The position numbers and the translations under genes were made by a program. The notes beneath the pieces were generated by a model. It saw only the letters and a list, made by a program, of their open reading frames with translations. It did not search any database and had not been told where the DNA came from. This document shows positions 8,245 to 16,717 of a DNA stretch of 24,000 bases, in pieces. How positions within the stretch are numbered: the stretch's first letter is position 1; every line of letters starts with the position of its first letter. Source of the stretch: Hyphomicrobiales bacterium (GTDB lineage: Bacteria; Pseudomonadota; Alphaproteobacteria; Rhizobiales; Ancalomicrobiaceae); contig JBEINZ010000014.1 of assembly GCA_040377825.1 (NCBI GenBank), forward strand, positions 1 to 24,000. The letters are read 5' to 3'.

Positions 8245-8940
8245 TCATGGTTTTCGAACCATCAGGAGCGGCCGCCCGCCCTCGCGCGCCGCCTTTCCAA
8301 AGCCCTTGTCGTTCGGCTCAAAGGACAGGCTGCCGCCGCCCGGGGCGCTCAGAATGAACAGCGACCCCTCCCATCGTGCGTCGACGAGCTTCAGTTTGGC
8401 AATCGCCGGATCGCATCCGGGAGCGGTCGCGACCTTGAAGGCCGCGCCGGCGGCGGTGAATGTCACCGTGCAAATCACCGGTCCGCCCGGGCGTTGCAAC
8501 TGCCAAGTCGCCACGATGTCCGCCGCCGTCGGCAGGCGCGCGCCGCTCGACGTCGCCCGGACCATGCGCAGCGGATCTCCCGCGCGGTCGGCGGGCGGCT
8601 TTGCCTCGAACAGGCTGCCGTCTTCCTTTGGCGTCATCCGGGCAAGCGTCTGCCGGCCGATGTCGCGCAATACGATCGTGCCCTTATCCTCGAACTCCCA
8701 GGCATAGGCCTCGACCATCGCCGGGAAAACGGCGCGGCAGCCGTTCGTCCCCGAAATCGCGAAGCCGCCGATCGTCGGCCCCTCCTCGAGCAACAGCGTG
8801 CAGCCTTTGCCGCCGCTTTCCTTCGCCAAAAGCCATGTCCCGGCCATCGCCGCCGGCCCGGACTGTTGCGCCAGAGCGGATGCCGTTGGCAGAAGCGAAA
8901 GGCAAATGAGGGTGGCGAGCGAGCGGATCGGGATCATCAT
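8245..8940 (-). CDS. secreted protein with two tandem Inh/Omp19 (AprI-like protease inhibitor) domains
   Basis: I prefer the ATGATG start at 8940, which gives the Sec signal peptide MMIPIRSLATLICLSLLPTASALA-QQ. There are two ~95-aa repeats, each with the G-x-W-x-L...C-x-L...C...W pattern and a Cys pair (AGTWLLAKESGGKGCTLLL...GCRAV...AWEF and VATWQLQRPGGPVICTVTF...GCDPA...ARWE). Confidence 0.65.
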   Translation of the reverse strand: MMIPIRSLATLICLSLLPTASALAQQSGPAAMAGTWLLAKESGGKGCTLLLEEGPTIGGFAISGTNGCRAVFPAMVEAYAWEFEDKGTIVLRDIGRQTLARMTPKEDGSLFEAKPPADRAGDPLRMVRATSSGARLPTAADIVATWQLQRPGGPVICTVTFTAAGAAFKVATAPGCDPAIAKLKLVDARWEGSLFILSAPGGGSLSFEPNDKGFGKAAREGGRPLLMVRKP

Positions 8941-8994
8941 GGCTCGACAAGGTAAAGCGTGACGTCGCGCGCGCAAGGCGTCTGTTGTGCCATC

Positions 8995-10587
8995 TCAGCC
9001 GAAGATCACATGCGCCGCAATCAGTGCCAGCGAAAGCGCGCCGATCCATAGCGCCACGCGCCCCGATCGACTATAGCGGGCCTCGGCCGCGGCGAGCGCA
9101 TTGACCGTCTCGGCATCAAGCGTCAGGCCCCGATCGGCCATGCGCGCGAAACCCGCGGAGAGGCGCTTGGCCCGATCGGCCAGCCGAGGCAATTCGAGCG
9201 CGAGGCCGCCAACCGCGCCGACTGAACTCGCCGCTTCGCCGATCTTCGCGCCCGGACCGAGATTGCGCTCGATCCATTCACGCACCACGGGCTCCGAGGT
9301 CGTCCAGATATCAAGATCCGGATCGAGCGTGCGCGCCACGCCTTCCACGACCACCATGGTCTTTTGAAGCAGGATAAGGCGCGGCTGCGCCTTCATGTTG
9401 AAGACCTCGGTATATTCAAAAAGCTGGTTCAGCAGATGCGCCATGGAGATTTCGTGGGCCGGGCGATCGCGCAGCGGCTCGCCGATCGCCCTCAGCGCCT
9501 GCGCGAAAACCTCGACCTCTTGGTCCGCGGGAACGTAGCCCGCCTCGAAATGGACCTCCGCCGTGCGCATATAGTCGCGTCGGATGAAGCCGTAGAGAAT
9601 CTCCGCCAGAAAGCGCCGTTCGGCTTTATCCAGCCGGCCCATGATGCCGAAATCGACCGCGACCAGGGTGCCATCCGGATCGACGAAAAGGTTGCCCTGG
9701 TGCATGTCGGCGTGGAAGAAGCCGTCGCGCATCGCATGGCGCAGGAACGACTGGATCACGATGCGCGAAAGACCGATCAGGTCATGGCCCGCGGCCGCGA
9801 TGCCGGCAACATCGGAGACCTTGGCGCCGTCGATCCATTCGAGCGTTAGCACGCCCTTCGCCGTTCGCTCCCAATCGACGCTCGGAACGCGAAAGCCCGG
9901 ATCACCGCGCGTGTTCTCAGCCATCTCCGACAATGCGGCGGCTTCCAGGCGCAGGTCCATCTCCAGCTTCACGGTCCGCGCGAGGGTTTCGACGATCGCG
10001 ATCGGGCGCAAGCGGCGGGCCGGGACGATGAACCGTTCGATCAACCGCGCAGCCAGGAAATAGCTCTCAAGATCATTCCAAAAGCGCGCCTCGACGCCCG
10101 GCCTTAGCACCTTGACGGCGACAACCCGCGATTCGCCGTCGGCCCCCCGAACGGTCGCCTTATGCACTTGGGCGATGGAGGCAGCCGCGACGGGCTCGCC
10201 GAGCTCCACGAAGAGATCGCCGATCGGCCGCTGCAGGGCGGCTTCAATGGATTGGCGGGCCTCGGAAAGAGGGAAGCTCGCGACATTGTCCTGCAGCGCC
10301 GTCAGGTCCTTCGCCATCTCCGCGCCGACGACGTCCGGCCGCGTGGCGAGAAACTGGCCGAGCTTGACATAGGACGGACCAAGCCGATTGAGCGCCGCCG
10401 ACACGCGCGTGCCGCGATCGCGCTCGCCCACCCTGCGGCCGCGTCGCTCGATCAGGCCGGCGATCCAAAGGACGAGCCGACCGGCGGGCGGCGGATTGGG
10501 CGGCGCGATGGCGCGAAGCACGCCTTCCTGCGCAAGCACCCAGCCGGCCCGCGCAAGTCGCAAGGATGCGCCGAAGCGTCCGGCCAT
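8995..10587 (-). CDS. ubiB: UbiB/ABC1 atypical kinase-like ubiquinone biosynthesis protein
   Basis: I prefer the ATG at 10587 ([16 protein letters not shown]...), which overlaps the ubiE stop by 1 nt (TGATG). ABC1 motifs are present: LGPSYVKLGQFLATRPD, AAASIAQVHKA, FFHADMHQGNLFV. There is a C-terminal TM helix (VALWIGALSLALIAAHVIF). Confidence 0.9.
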   Translation of the reverse strand: MAGRFGASLRLARAGWVLAQEGVLRAIAPPNPPPAGRLVLWIAGLIERRGRRVGERDRGTRVSAALNRLGPSYVKLGQFLATRPDVVGAEMAKDLTALQDNVASFPLSEARQSIEAALQRPIGDLFVELGEPVAAASIAQVHKATVRGADGESRVVAVKVLRPGVEARFWNDLESYFLAARLIERFIVPARRLRPIAIVETLARTVKLEMDLRLEAAALSEMAENTRGDPGFRVPSVDWERTAKGVLTLEWIDGAKVSDVAGIAAAGHDLIGLSRIVIQSFLRHAMRDGFFHADMHQGNLFVDPDGTLVAVDFGIMGRLDKAERRFLAEILYGFIRRDYMRTAEVHFEAGYVPADQEVEVFAQALRAIGEPLRDRPAHEISMAHLLNQLFEYTEVFNMKAQPRLILLQKTMVVVEGVARTLDPDLDIWTTSEPVVREWIERNLGPGAKIGEAASSVGAVGGLALELPRLADRAKRLSAGFARMADRGLTLDAETVNALAAAEARYSRSGRVALWIGALSLALIAAHVIFG

Positions 10588-11387
10588 CAGATCTTCCAAC
10601 CCGCGTGGATGGCGGCGATCCCGCCCGTCAAGTTGGACCAACTCACGCGCGAAAACCCGGCTTTCGTGATCATGCCGGCGAAACGATCCTGGGACGGGAA
10701 CGTGGCGATCGATTCCACGAGATAGCGATAGGGCTCGTCGTCACCCGCGACGATCCCACCGATCGGCGGAATGACATTGAAGGAATAGGCCTCGTAGATC
10801 CGGTCGAGCCAAGGCACATCGACCTTCGAGAATTCCAGGCACAAAAACCGCCCGCCCGGCCGCAGCACGCGAAAGGCTTCCTCTAGCGCGCGCTCGATAC
10901 GCGGCACGTTTCGGATGCCGAAAGCGATCGTATAGGCATCGAAGCGACCGCTGGCGAAGGGCAGGTCCTCGGCGTTTCCTTCCACGAAATCGACCTGATC
11001 GGCGAGGCCGCGCGCCTCGGCGCGTTCGCGGCCGACGCCAAGCATCGAGGCATTGATATCGCAGACGGTCGCCTCGGCATGACTGCGCGAGCGATCGACG
11101 ACGCGAAACGCGATATCGCCGGTGCCGCCAGCGACATCGATCACGCGAAATGGCCGTCGCCCGGTTTGCGGCGGGGCGAGCCGGGAAACGAAGGCGTCTT
11201 TCCAAAGCCGATGCAGGCCGCCCGACATCAGATCGTTCATTAGATCGTAGCGGCGCGCGACCTTATGAAAGACATCGTCGACGAGATCTTGTTTTTCCCC
11301 AAGCGGAACCTCGCGAAAGCCGAAGCTCGCGGTTGACGCGGGGGAACGGAGGTTTGGGTTCTGGTCTGACGGATTTTCAAGCGCCAT
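10587..11387 (-). CDS. ubiE: demethylmenaquinone/ubiquinone C-methyltransferase
   Basis: I prefer the ATG at 11387 (MALENPSD...), with GGAG 8 nt upstream; the longer track ORF reads into an intergenic repeat. Motifs: [25 protein letters not shown], the SAM site [13 protein letters not shown], and FGIRNV. Confidence 0.93.
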   Translation of the reverse strand: MALENPSDQNPNLRSPASTASFGFREVPLGEKQDLVDDVFHKVARRYDLMNDLMSGGLHRLWKDAFVSRLAPPQTGRRPFRVIDVAGGTGDIAFRVVDRSRSHAEATVCDINASMLGVGRERAEARGLADQVDFVEGNAEDLPFASGRFDAYTIAFGIRNVPRIERALEEAFRVLRPGGRFLCLEFSKVDVPWLDRIYEAYSFNVIPPIGGIVAGDDEPYRYLVESIATFPSQDRFAGMITKAGFSRVSWSNLTGGIAAIHAGWKI

Positions 11388-11461
11388 GGGGCACTCCAAG
11401 GATGGGCCGGCGAAGTGGCGCGGACCATAGCCGAACGCCACAACGAGCGCTATCGTTGCAC

Positions 11462-11580
11462 CTTGAGCATTTCCCGATCGGACGGACTCATCCAATCGAC
11501 AAGGAATGGCTCCAGAGTCAGGAGCTTGAGCCAGTCCTTTTCGTTCGGATCGTATCGATCCAAACGAGGCGGGCTCTTGG
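11462..11580. repeat. intergenic hairpin-repeat locus A (two tandem ~55-60 bp units, each starting CTTGAGC)
   Basis: The units start at 11462 and 11525. Unit 2 matches 23115-23165 at about 34 of the first 40 positions by hand alignment. The 20 nt before unit 2 also match. It fills more than half of the ubiE-mutM divergent spacer. Confidence 0.75.
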
Positions 11581-11601
11581 ATTTAGGAGACGCGGCGCGC
11601 G

Positions 11602-12495
11602 ATGCCCGAGTTGCCGGAAGTCGAGACAGTCAGGCGCGGTCTCGCGCCAGTCATGGAAGGGGCGCTGATCTCGCGTGTGGACTGTCGACGCCCGGATTTG
11701 CGATTTCCGTTTCCAACTGACTTCGCCGGACAACTCACCGGCCGCAGGGTCGTGTCGCTCGGCCGGCGCGCGAAGTATTTGTTGGCCGATCTTGATAACG
11801 AGACCGTGCTCATCATGCATTTGGGCATGTCCGGCTCGTTTCGGATCAGTTCCACGCTAGGCCATGGTGACCATGAAGCGACGCCCGGCATGTTCTATGT
11901 CGAACGGGCCAAGGACGCCGCGCATGATCATGTTGTCTTTGATTTGGAGAATGGCGCACGCATTACCTACAATGATCCGCGACGCTTCGGCTTCATGACG
12001 CTTGTGGCGCGTTCGGCGATCGAAGACTATCCTTTGTTGAAAAATATTGGCATCGAGCCGCTCGGCAACGCGCTCGATGGATCGGCGATCGCCCGCCTGT
12101 TCCGCGAGAAGAAAACCCCACTTAAGGCGGCGCTTTTAGATCAGAAGCTGATTGCTGGACTTGGGAACATCTATGTTTGCGAAGCGCTCTGGAGATCGCG
12201 CCTCGGTCCGCGGCGTGTCGCCGCAAGCCTCGCGCTGAAGGATGGCGGCGCGACCATGCAGGCCGAGCGACTTTCCGATGCGATCCGCGATGTTCTCGCC
12301 GAAGCGATCGACGCGGGCGGATCGTCGCTGCGCGACCATGTTCGAACCAACGGCGAACTTGGCTATTTCCAGCACGTTTTCGCCGTTTACGACCGCGAGG
12401 GCGAGCCCTGTCCACGCATGGAGTGTAGCGGCGTGATCGAGCGGATTGTCCAATCAAACCGCTCCACCTTTCTTTGCCCGATCTGCCAGCGCTGA
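11602..12495 (+). CDS. mutM: formamidopyrimidine-DNA glycosylase
   Basis: The N-terminus [14 protein letters not shown] carries the catalytic Pro2/Glu3. The H2TH region reads [20 protein letters not shown]. There is a C-terminal four-Cys zinc finger (CPRMEC...CPIC). AGGAGA lies upstream. Confidence 0.95.
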   Translation: MPELPEVETVRRGLAPVMEGALISRVDCRRPDLRFPFPTDFAGQLTGRRVVSLGRRAKYLLADLDNETVLIMHLGMSGSFRISSTLGHGDHEATPGMFYVERAKDAAHDHVVFDLENGARITYNDPRRFGFMTLVARSAIEDYPLLKNIGIEPLGNALDGSAIARLFREKKTPLKAALLDQKLIAGLGNIYVCEALWRSRLGPRRVAASLALKDGGATMQAERLSDAIRDVLAEAIDAGGSSLRDHVRTNGELGYFQHVFAVYDREGEPCPRMECSGVIERIVQSNRSTFLCPICQR

Positions 12496-12513
12496 AACCT
12501 AGAGGGGATAGTC

Positions 12514-13287
12514 TTGACTTACGAGACACTTATCGTCGAAACGCATGGTCGGGTCGGCCTGATCACCTTGAACCGGCCGAAAGCGCTGAATGCGCTGAAC
12601 TCCATGCTGATCGACGAGCTCAACGCCGCCCTCGATGGGTTCGAAGCCGATAGCGAGATCGGCGCGGTTGTTTTGACCGGCTCGCCACGAGCTTTTGCCG
12701 CGGGCGCGGACATCAAGCAGATGGCCTCGTTGGCGTACCCGGCGAACTATGTCGGCGATTTCCTATCGAATTGGGATCGCCTCGCCCGGTTTCGAAAACC
12801 CGTCATCGCCGCGGTCGCCGGTTACGCACTCGGGGGAGGCTGTGAGCTTGCCATGATGTGCGACTTCATCATCGCGGCGGAAACGGCGGAGTTCGGCCAG
12901 CCCGAGATCCGACTTGGTATCATCCCGGGAGCGGGCGGCAGCCAACGGTTAACCCATGCCGTGGGCAAGGCGAAGGCAATGGATATGTGCCTCACCGGTC
13001 GGCACATCGGCGCGGCCGAGGCCGAACGGGCCGGCCTCGTGGCGCGAGTCGTTCCGGCGGAGGATCTGCTGAAAGTGGCGTTGGAGGCCGCTGCGGTCAT
13101 CGCGGGCTACTCGCTTGCGGCCGTCATGCTGACGAAGGAATCCGTCAATCGTGCCTTCGAGGCGCCGCTCGCGGAGGGGCTACGATTCGAGCGGCGCATG
13201 TTTCAAAGTCTGTTTGCGACCGCCGACCAGAAAGAAGGCATGGCCGCGTTCATGGAGAAGAGGAAACCGGATTTCAAACACCGCTGA
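12514..13287 (+). CDS. enoyl-CoA hydratase (crotonase family)
   Basis: TTG start preceded by AGAGGGGA. Motifs: [78 protein letters not shown]. Confidence 0.85.
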   Translation: MTYETLIVETHGRVGLITLNRPKALNALNSMLIDELNAALDGFEADSEIGAVVLTGSPRAFAAGADIKQMASLAYPANYVGDFLSNWDRLARFRKPVIAAVAGYALGGGCELAMMCDFIIAAETAEFGQPEIRLGIIPGAGGSQRLTHAVGKAKAMDMCLTGRHIGAAEAERAGLVARVVPAEDLLKVALEAAAVIAGYSLAAVMLTKESVNRAFEAPLAEGLRFERRMFQSLFATADQKEGMAAFMEKRKPDFKHR

Positions 13288-13329
13288 GCAGGCCACGTTA
13301 AACTGTCATCATTGAATAAAGAGACGGCG

Positions 13330-13358
13330 TTGACGCCTGCCTAGTCGACCGTTATAAG
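13330..13358 (+). promoter_or_regulatory. candidate sigma70-type promoter of rpsT (TTGACG-N17-TATAAG)
   Basis: The hexamers were read directly at 13330-13335 and 13353-13358 with a 17-nt spacer. This would give a leader of roughly 150 nt before the rpsT ATG. Confidence 0.45.
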
Positions 13359-13514
13359 CGTCGTCAACCGGTGGCGGAATTTCCGCCGCCGATTTCGTTT
13401 GCGCGGAGCTTCGGGTCTGCTTACGGTGGATCGACTTCTTATGGGAAAGCGTCCCTAGGGATTGCGCCTTTGAGAACATGGCTTCGTTATCGTTGAAATT
13501 CAGGAGAGGCTTAC

Positions 13515-13781
13515 ATGGCCAATACGCCGTCCGCCAAGAAGGCGGCTCGCAAGATCGCCCGCCGCACCGCGATCAATAAGTCCAGGCGCAGCCGCGTGCG
13601 TACGTTCGTGCGCAAGGTCGAGGAGGCACTGGCTTCGGGCGACGCGGCGGTCGCGGCATTAGCCTTTAAGGCCGCACAACCCGAGCTCGCGCGTGCGGCT
13701 TCCAAGGGCGTTATGCATGCCAACACGGCCTCTCGAAAGATTTCGAGGCTTGCCCAACGTGTCAAGGCGCTCAGCGCCTGA
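13515..13781 (+). CDS. rpsT: 30S ribosomal protein S20
   Basis: [38 protein letters not shown] is a typical S20 sequence. AGGAGAGG SD upstream. Confidence 0.95.
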   Translation: MANTPSAKKAARKIARRTAINKSRRSRVRTFVRKVEEALASGDAAVAALAFKAAQPELARAASKGVMHANTASRKISRLAQRVKALSA

Positions 13782-13813
13782 GGCATGTGGATTGGTTCAA
13801 GCGAAATTTTAAA

Positions 13814-13844
13814 GAGCCCGGGTAAGTCCGGGCTTTTTTTGTTT
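13814..13844 (+). terminator. rho-independent terminator of rpsT
   Basis: Stem GCCCGG (13816-13821) / CCGGGC (13828-13833), extendable by A-U and G-U pairs. The loop is GTAAGT, followed by T7-G-T3. Confidence 0.8.
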
Positions 13845-13860
13845 CCCGGCAAACAGAGAG

Positions 13861-14440
13861 TGTGATATATTCATTAACATGAATTGAAAAAGGTATGTTG
13901 AAGCTGAACAGCGCTTGTCAAAACTTATCCAGTTTTATCATATAGTTGCGGCATAGTCTGCCGTGAGGTCCTGTGGCTGGGCCCACCAAGCCTGAGTCAA
14001 GAGGTCGTTCCAGTTTTTTTTAATCGGCTAGTCGTTGCCGTAGCGTAAACGGCCGGCTTCTCGACACCCCTTTGACTCGTTTGAATTTCTTGTCGGAAGG
14101 GCTTCGCCGTGCCTTGGGTCGTGTGGGTGAATCCGGCAACACCGCGCGAAGGCTAGATCCTTCCGCTGTTGCAGCGCTTGGCCGGGCTGTGTAAAGTTCA
14201 ATCCATGGAGAGCACGAGCTCTCCGTAGGCGACGTATAAAACAAGAAAACTCCCTGTTGCGGATGGCGTTTCGAGTTATTTCCAAAGAGTACGCATATTG
14301 CGTTACTCTGAAACGCTAGGTGCAATATGGAAATGGAGCCAGAATAGTAGACCAAAACTTAGAACGTAGCGTTAGGTTTTGGTAAGCTGAACTCCGCAAA
14401 AATTCGAGTTTGCGCGCATGAGGTTCCCTTTCGGCAACCT
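13861..14440. other. ORF-free low-GC spacer with several hairpins (function unknown)
   Basis: My hand count over 13861-14460 gives about 293/600 G+C (~49%), against visibly much higher GC in the flanking genes. The only track ORFs here (minus strand, 111 and 85 aa) have non-protein-like composition. See findings. Confidence 0.5.
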
Positions 14441-14452
14441 CAGGGAGGAAAT

Positions 14453-14899
14453 ATGTCACGACCAACTGGAGAGAGCTACGCGGGCGACGTACGTCCCGCG
14501 AATGCGTTTTCTTCTCTCGCGAATGAGGCAAAATCAGCTCTCGTCGATGTCCGCACAAAGGCCGAGTGGGCCTATGTGGGCGTGGCGTCGTTGGATTCTG
14601 TTGGGAAGACTCCGATATTCGTCGAGTGGCAGGGGTATCCGTCCATGGCAGTCGACGGCCAGTTCGTGGAACGACTGGAGCGGAAACTTGAGGAAGCCGC
14701 GATCGAGCCGCCTGACTCCCTGTTTTTTCTTTGCAGGTCGGGTGTGCGCAGTAAGTCAGCGGCGATCGCGATGACCGAAGCCGGATGGCTTCGCTGTTTC
14801 AATGTGACCGGCGGTTTTGAAGGTCCGTGTGACAGTCATGGCCATCGTGGTGTTATCGAAGGCTGGAAGGCCAACGGCCTACCCTGGATCCAGTCATAA
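14453..14899 (+). CDS. single-domain rhodanese-like sulfurtransferase
   Basis: GGGAGG SD 4 nt upstream of the ATG. The rhodanese active-site loop C-x4-R (FFLCRSGVRSKSAA) sits at the expected position. The upstream LVDVRTKAEW motif is typical of the domain. Confidence 0.75.
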   Translation: MSRPTGESYAGDVRPANAFSSLANEAKSALVDVRTKAEWAYVGVASLDSVGKTPIFVEWQGYPSMAVDGQFVERLERKLEEAAIEPPDSLFFLCRSGVRSKSAAIAMTEAGWLRCFNVTGGFEGPCDSHGHRGVIEGWKANGLPWIQS

Positions 14900-15072
14900 G
14901 TTTCCTTTGTTGTGACGCGTGCGATCGCCAAGGCTAACGCTTTGGTTGTATCTCCTTTGCTGTCCTGCTGACAGCAGGCTTATCGGTTCAGTGCGCCGAG
15001 TGGCAGATCGGCTGTCGGGATGACGGACTTTGGCGGGTCCGCCCTGGCAAATGGAACAATGGAGGCTTTTCG

Positions 15073-16533
15073 ATGATGTTGGGTCTAGCGGGCCATGTGG
15101 AATGGGACCGGATTAAGAAACGTTTGCGGGCCGAATTAGGTGAGGATGTCTTTACGAGCTGGTTTGCCCGGGTCGATCTGGAGTCCCACAACCAAGGTAT
15201 TGTCCATCTCTCGGTGCCGACTCGGTTTCTAAAGAGTTGGTTGCAGAGCAAGTACCTGGATCGATTGATGGGCCTGTGCCAGGACGAGTTCGGCGAGGTC
15301 CGCGAGATCGAATTCTCCGTTCGTAGCGCGATGCGGCAGCAGGCGGTGTCCGGTGGAGCGGCGGTCGAAACATGGTCCGAGCCAGCTCGAGATATGCGCC
15401 CAATCAAGGTTCAGCCGGCCGCGCCGCCAGTTCTGAGGCTTGTACCGGAATCGCAGATTTTGACCGCGGAGACCCGACACGAGGATGCTTTCGCGGGTTC
15501 ACCGCTCGATCCGCGTTACTCCTTCGAAACGTTTGTCGAAGGACGCTCGAATAGCTTGGCGCTCGCCGCCGCGCGCCGCGTGGCCGATAGTCGGCCTGGC
15601 GAAGCTATCGGCTTCAACCCGTTATTCGTGCATGCCGCCGTTGGCCTCGGCAAAACGCATCTCTTGCAGGCTATTGCCCATGCCGCGAAGGCCTCGGGAC
15701 GGCGGGTTCTCTACCTGACGGCCGAGTACTTCATGTATCGCTTCGTTGCGGCTTTGAAGTCCCAATCCGCTTTGGCGTTCAAGGAATCCTTGCGCGGCAT
15801 CGATCTGCTTTTGATCGACGACATGCAATTCCTTCAAGGACGTCAAATTCAACAGGAGTTCTGCCATACGCTGAATTCGCTGATCGACGGCGCCCGCCAA
15901 GTGGTCGTCGCGGCGGACCGTCCGCCGGTTGAACTAGAGACATTGGACGAACGTGTGCGCTCGCGCCTCGGTGGCGGCCTGCTCGCGGATATCACGGCCC
16001 CCGACTTCGAACTTCGTCATAAGATCGTTGCGAACCGTGTGGCCGTTGCCAAGAAATCGTTTCAGCAGCTTGCGATTTGCGAGGCGGTGATCGACTACGT
16101 CGCGCGCAATGTTACGTCGTCCGGTCGAGACTTGGACGGTGCCGTCAACCGGCTGGTCGCGCATAATCAGCTCTCCGGAGCGCCGGTAACGGTCGACATG
16201 GCCGAAACTGCCTTGCGCGATCTTCTGCGCGTGCGCGAAGCGCGTCGTGTGAAGATCGAGGATATTCAACGCATCGTTTGTAAGCAGTACAACGTTTCGA
16301 AGGCGGATCTTCTGTCGAGCCGTCGCACACGCACCGTTGTTCGGCCGCGTCAAATCGCGATGTATCTTGCAAAGACCTTGACGCCGCGCTCGCTTCCCGA
16401 GATCGGTCGTCGCTTCGGCAACCGAGATCACACGACGGTGCTGCATGCCGTGCGCAAGATCGAGGATATGATGAAAACCGACCGCGGCTTTGCCGACGAG
16501 GTTGATGTTCTGCGCCGCCAGTTCGACGCTTGA
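15073..16533 (+). CDS. dnaA: chromosomal replication initiator protein DnaA
   Basis: GGAGG SD. The N-terminus reads [24 protein letters not shown]+ Walker A is GLGKTHLL and Walker B is LLIDDMQF. The C-terminal DNA-binding signature is [12 protein letters not shown]...[16 protein letters not shown]. Confidence 0.97.
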   Translation: MMLGLAGHVEWDRIKKRLRAELGEDVFTSWFARVDLESHNQGIVHLSVPTRFLKSWLQSKYLDRLMGLCQDEFGEVREIEFSVRSAMRQQAVSGGAAVETWSEPARDMRPIKVQPAAPPVLRLVPESQILTAETRHEDAFAGSPLDPRYSFETFVEGRSNSLALAAARRVADSRPGEAIGFNPLFVHAAVGLGKTHLLQAIAHAAKASGRRVLYLTAEYFMYRFVAALKSQSALAFKESLRGIDLLLIDDMQFLQGRQIQQEFCHTLNSLIDGARQVVVAADRPPVELETLDERVRSRLGGGLLADITAPDFELRHKIVANRVAVAKKSFQQLAICEAVIDYVARNVTSSGRDLDGAVNRLVAHNQLSGAPVTVDMAETALRDLLRVREARRVKIEDIQRIVCKQYNVSKADLLSSRRTRTVVRPRQIAMYLAKTLTPRSLPEIGRRFGNRDHTTVLHAVRKIEDMMKTDRGFADEVDVLRRQFDA

Positions 16534-16638
16534 TGTTGAGGCGCTTCGAAACCTCCGCGGGACGTTAGGACAGGTGTTCCGCCGGCGACTTTGGTCCGGC
16601 GGGATCGGTGGGACGCGAATATCTGCTCTGATGACGAC

Positions 16639-16670
16639 GGCCGCCCCGCGCCAGCGAGGGCGGCCTTTGC
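16639..16670 (+). terminator. possible intrinsic terminator after dnaA
   Basis: 8-bp GC stem GGCCGCCC (16639-16646) / GGGCGGCC (16658-16665) with an 11-nt loop, followed by only TTTGC, which is a weak U tract. Confidence 0.35.
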
Positions 16671-16717
16671 ATATCCTGCCATCGTCAAAGGCTCATTTCT
16701 CTTCGCGTCAAATGGTT

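Noticed and set aside
6287-8955. Long plus-strand ORFs 6287..7534 (415 aa), 7326..8357 (343 aa) and 7804..8955 (383 aa), antisense to dabB, the LysR gene and the Inh-like gene
   Set aside because: Their products are Arg/Ala/Gly/Pro-rich, low-complexity and carry no recognisable motifs. The opposite-strand frames have clear family signatures. These are typical GC-driven shadow ORFs.
10587-11495. N-terminal extensions of the maximal ORFs for ubiE (to 11495), ubiB (to 10641), dabA (to 5838), the formyltransferase gene (to 23180) and the Inh-like gene (to 8976)
   Set aside because: The extensions either read through intergenic repeat units, overlap the upstream gene substantially, or use TTG without an SD. 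Internal ATG or GTG codons with SD-like sequences give N-termini that match the families.
14020-14060. Possible tmRNA tag-like reading frame (…GCC GTA GCG TAA = A-V-A-stop) in the spacer
   Set aside because: The upstream codons give NRLVVAVA, not the conserved alphaproteobacterial ANDN… tag. No tRNA-like T-arm or acceptor sequence (GGTTCGA.TCC…CCA) is nearby.
14020-14355. Minus-strand ORFs of 111 aa and 85 aa in the low-GC spacer
   Set aside because: They have no SD-like sequences. Their composition is odd for this genome and I recognise no motifs. I treat them as chance ORFs in a lower-GC stretch, although a novel small protein cannot be excluded without conservation data.
13861-14440. Calling the low-GC spacer near dnaA the chromosomal origin (oriC)
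   Set aside because: I found only three 7-of-9 matches to the DnaA box TTATCCACA (TTATCCAGT at 13924, a GTTCCAGT-type site at 14007, TGTGGGTGA at 14121). My rough estimate is that about 1-2 such matches are expected by chance in 600 bp on both strands. From memory, alphaproteobacterial origins are also often near hemE rather than dnaA. The claim is not supported without GC-skew or ChIP data.
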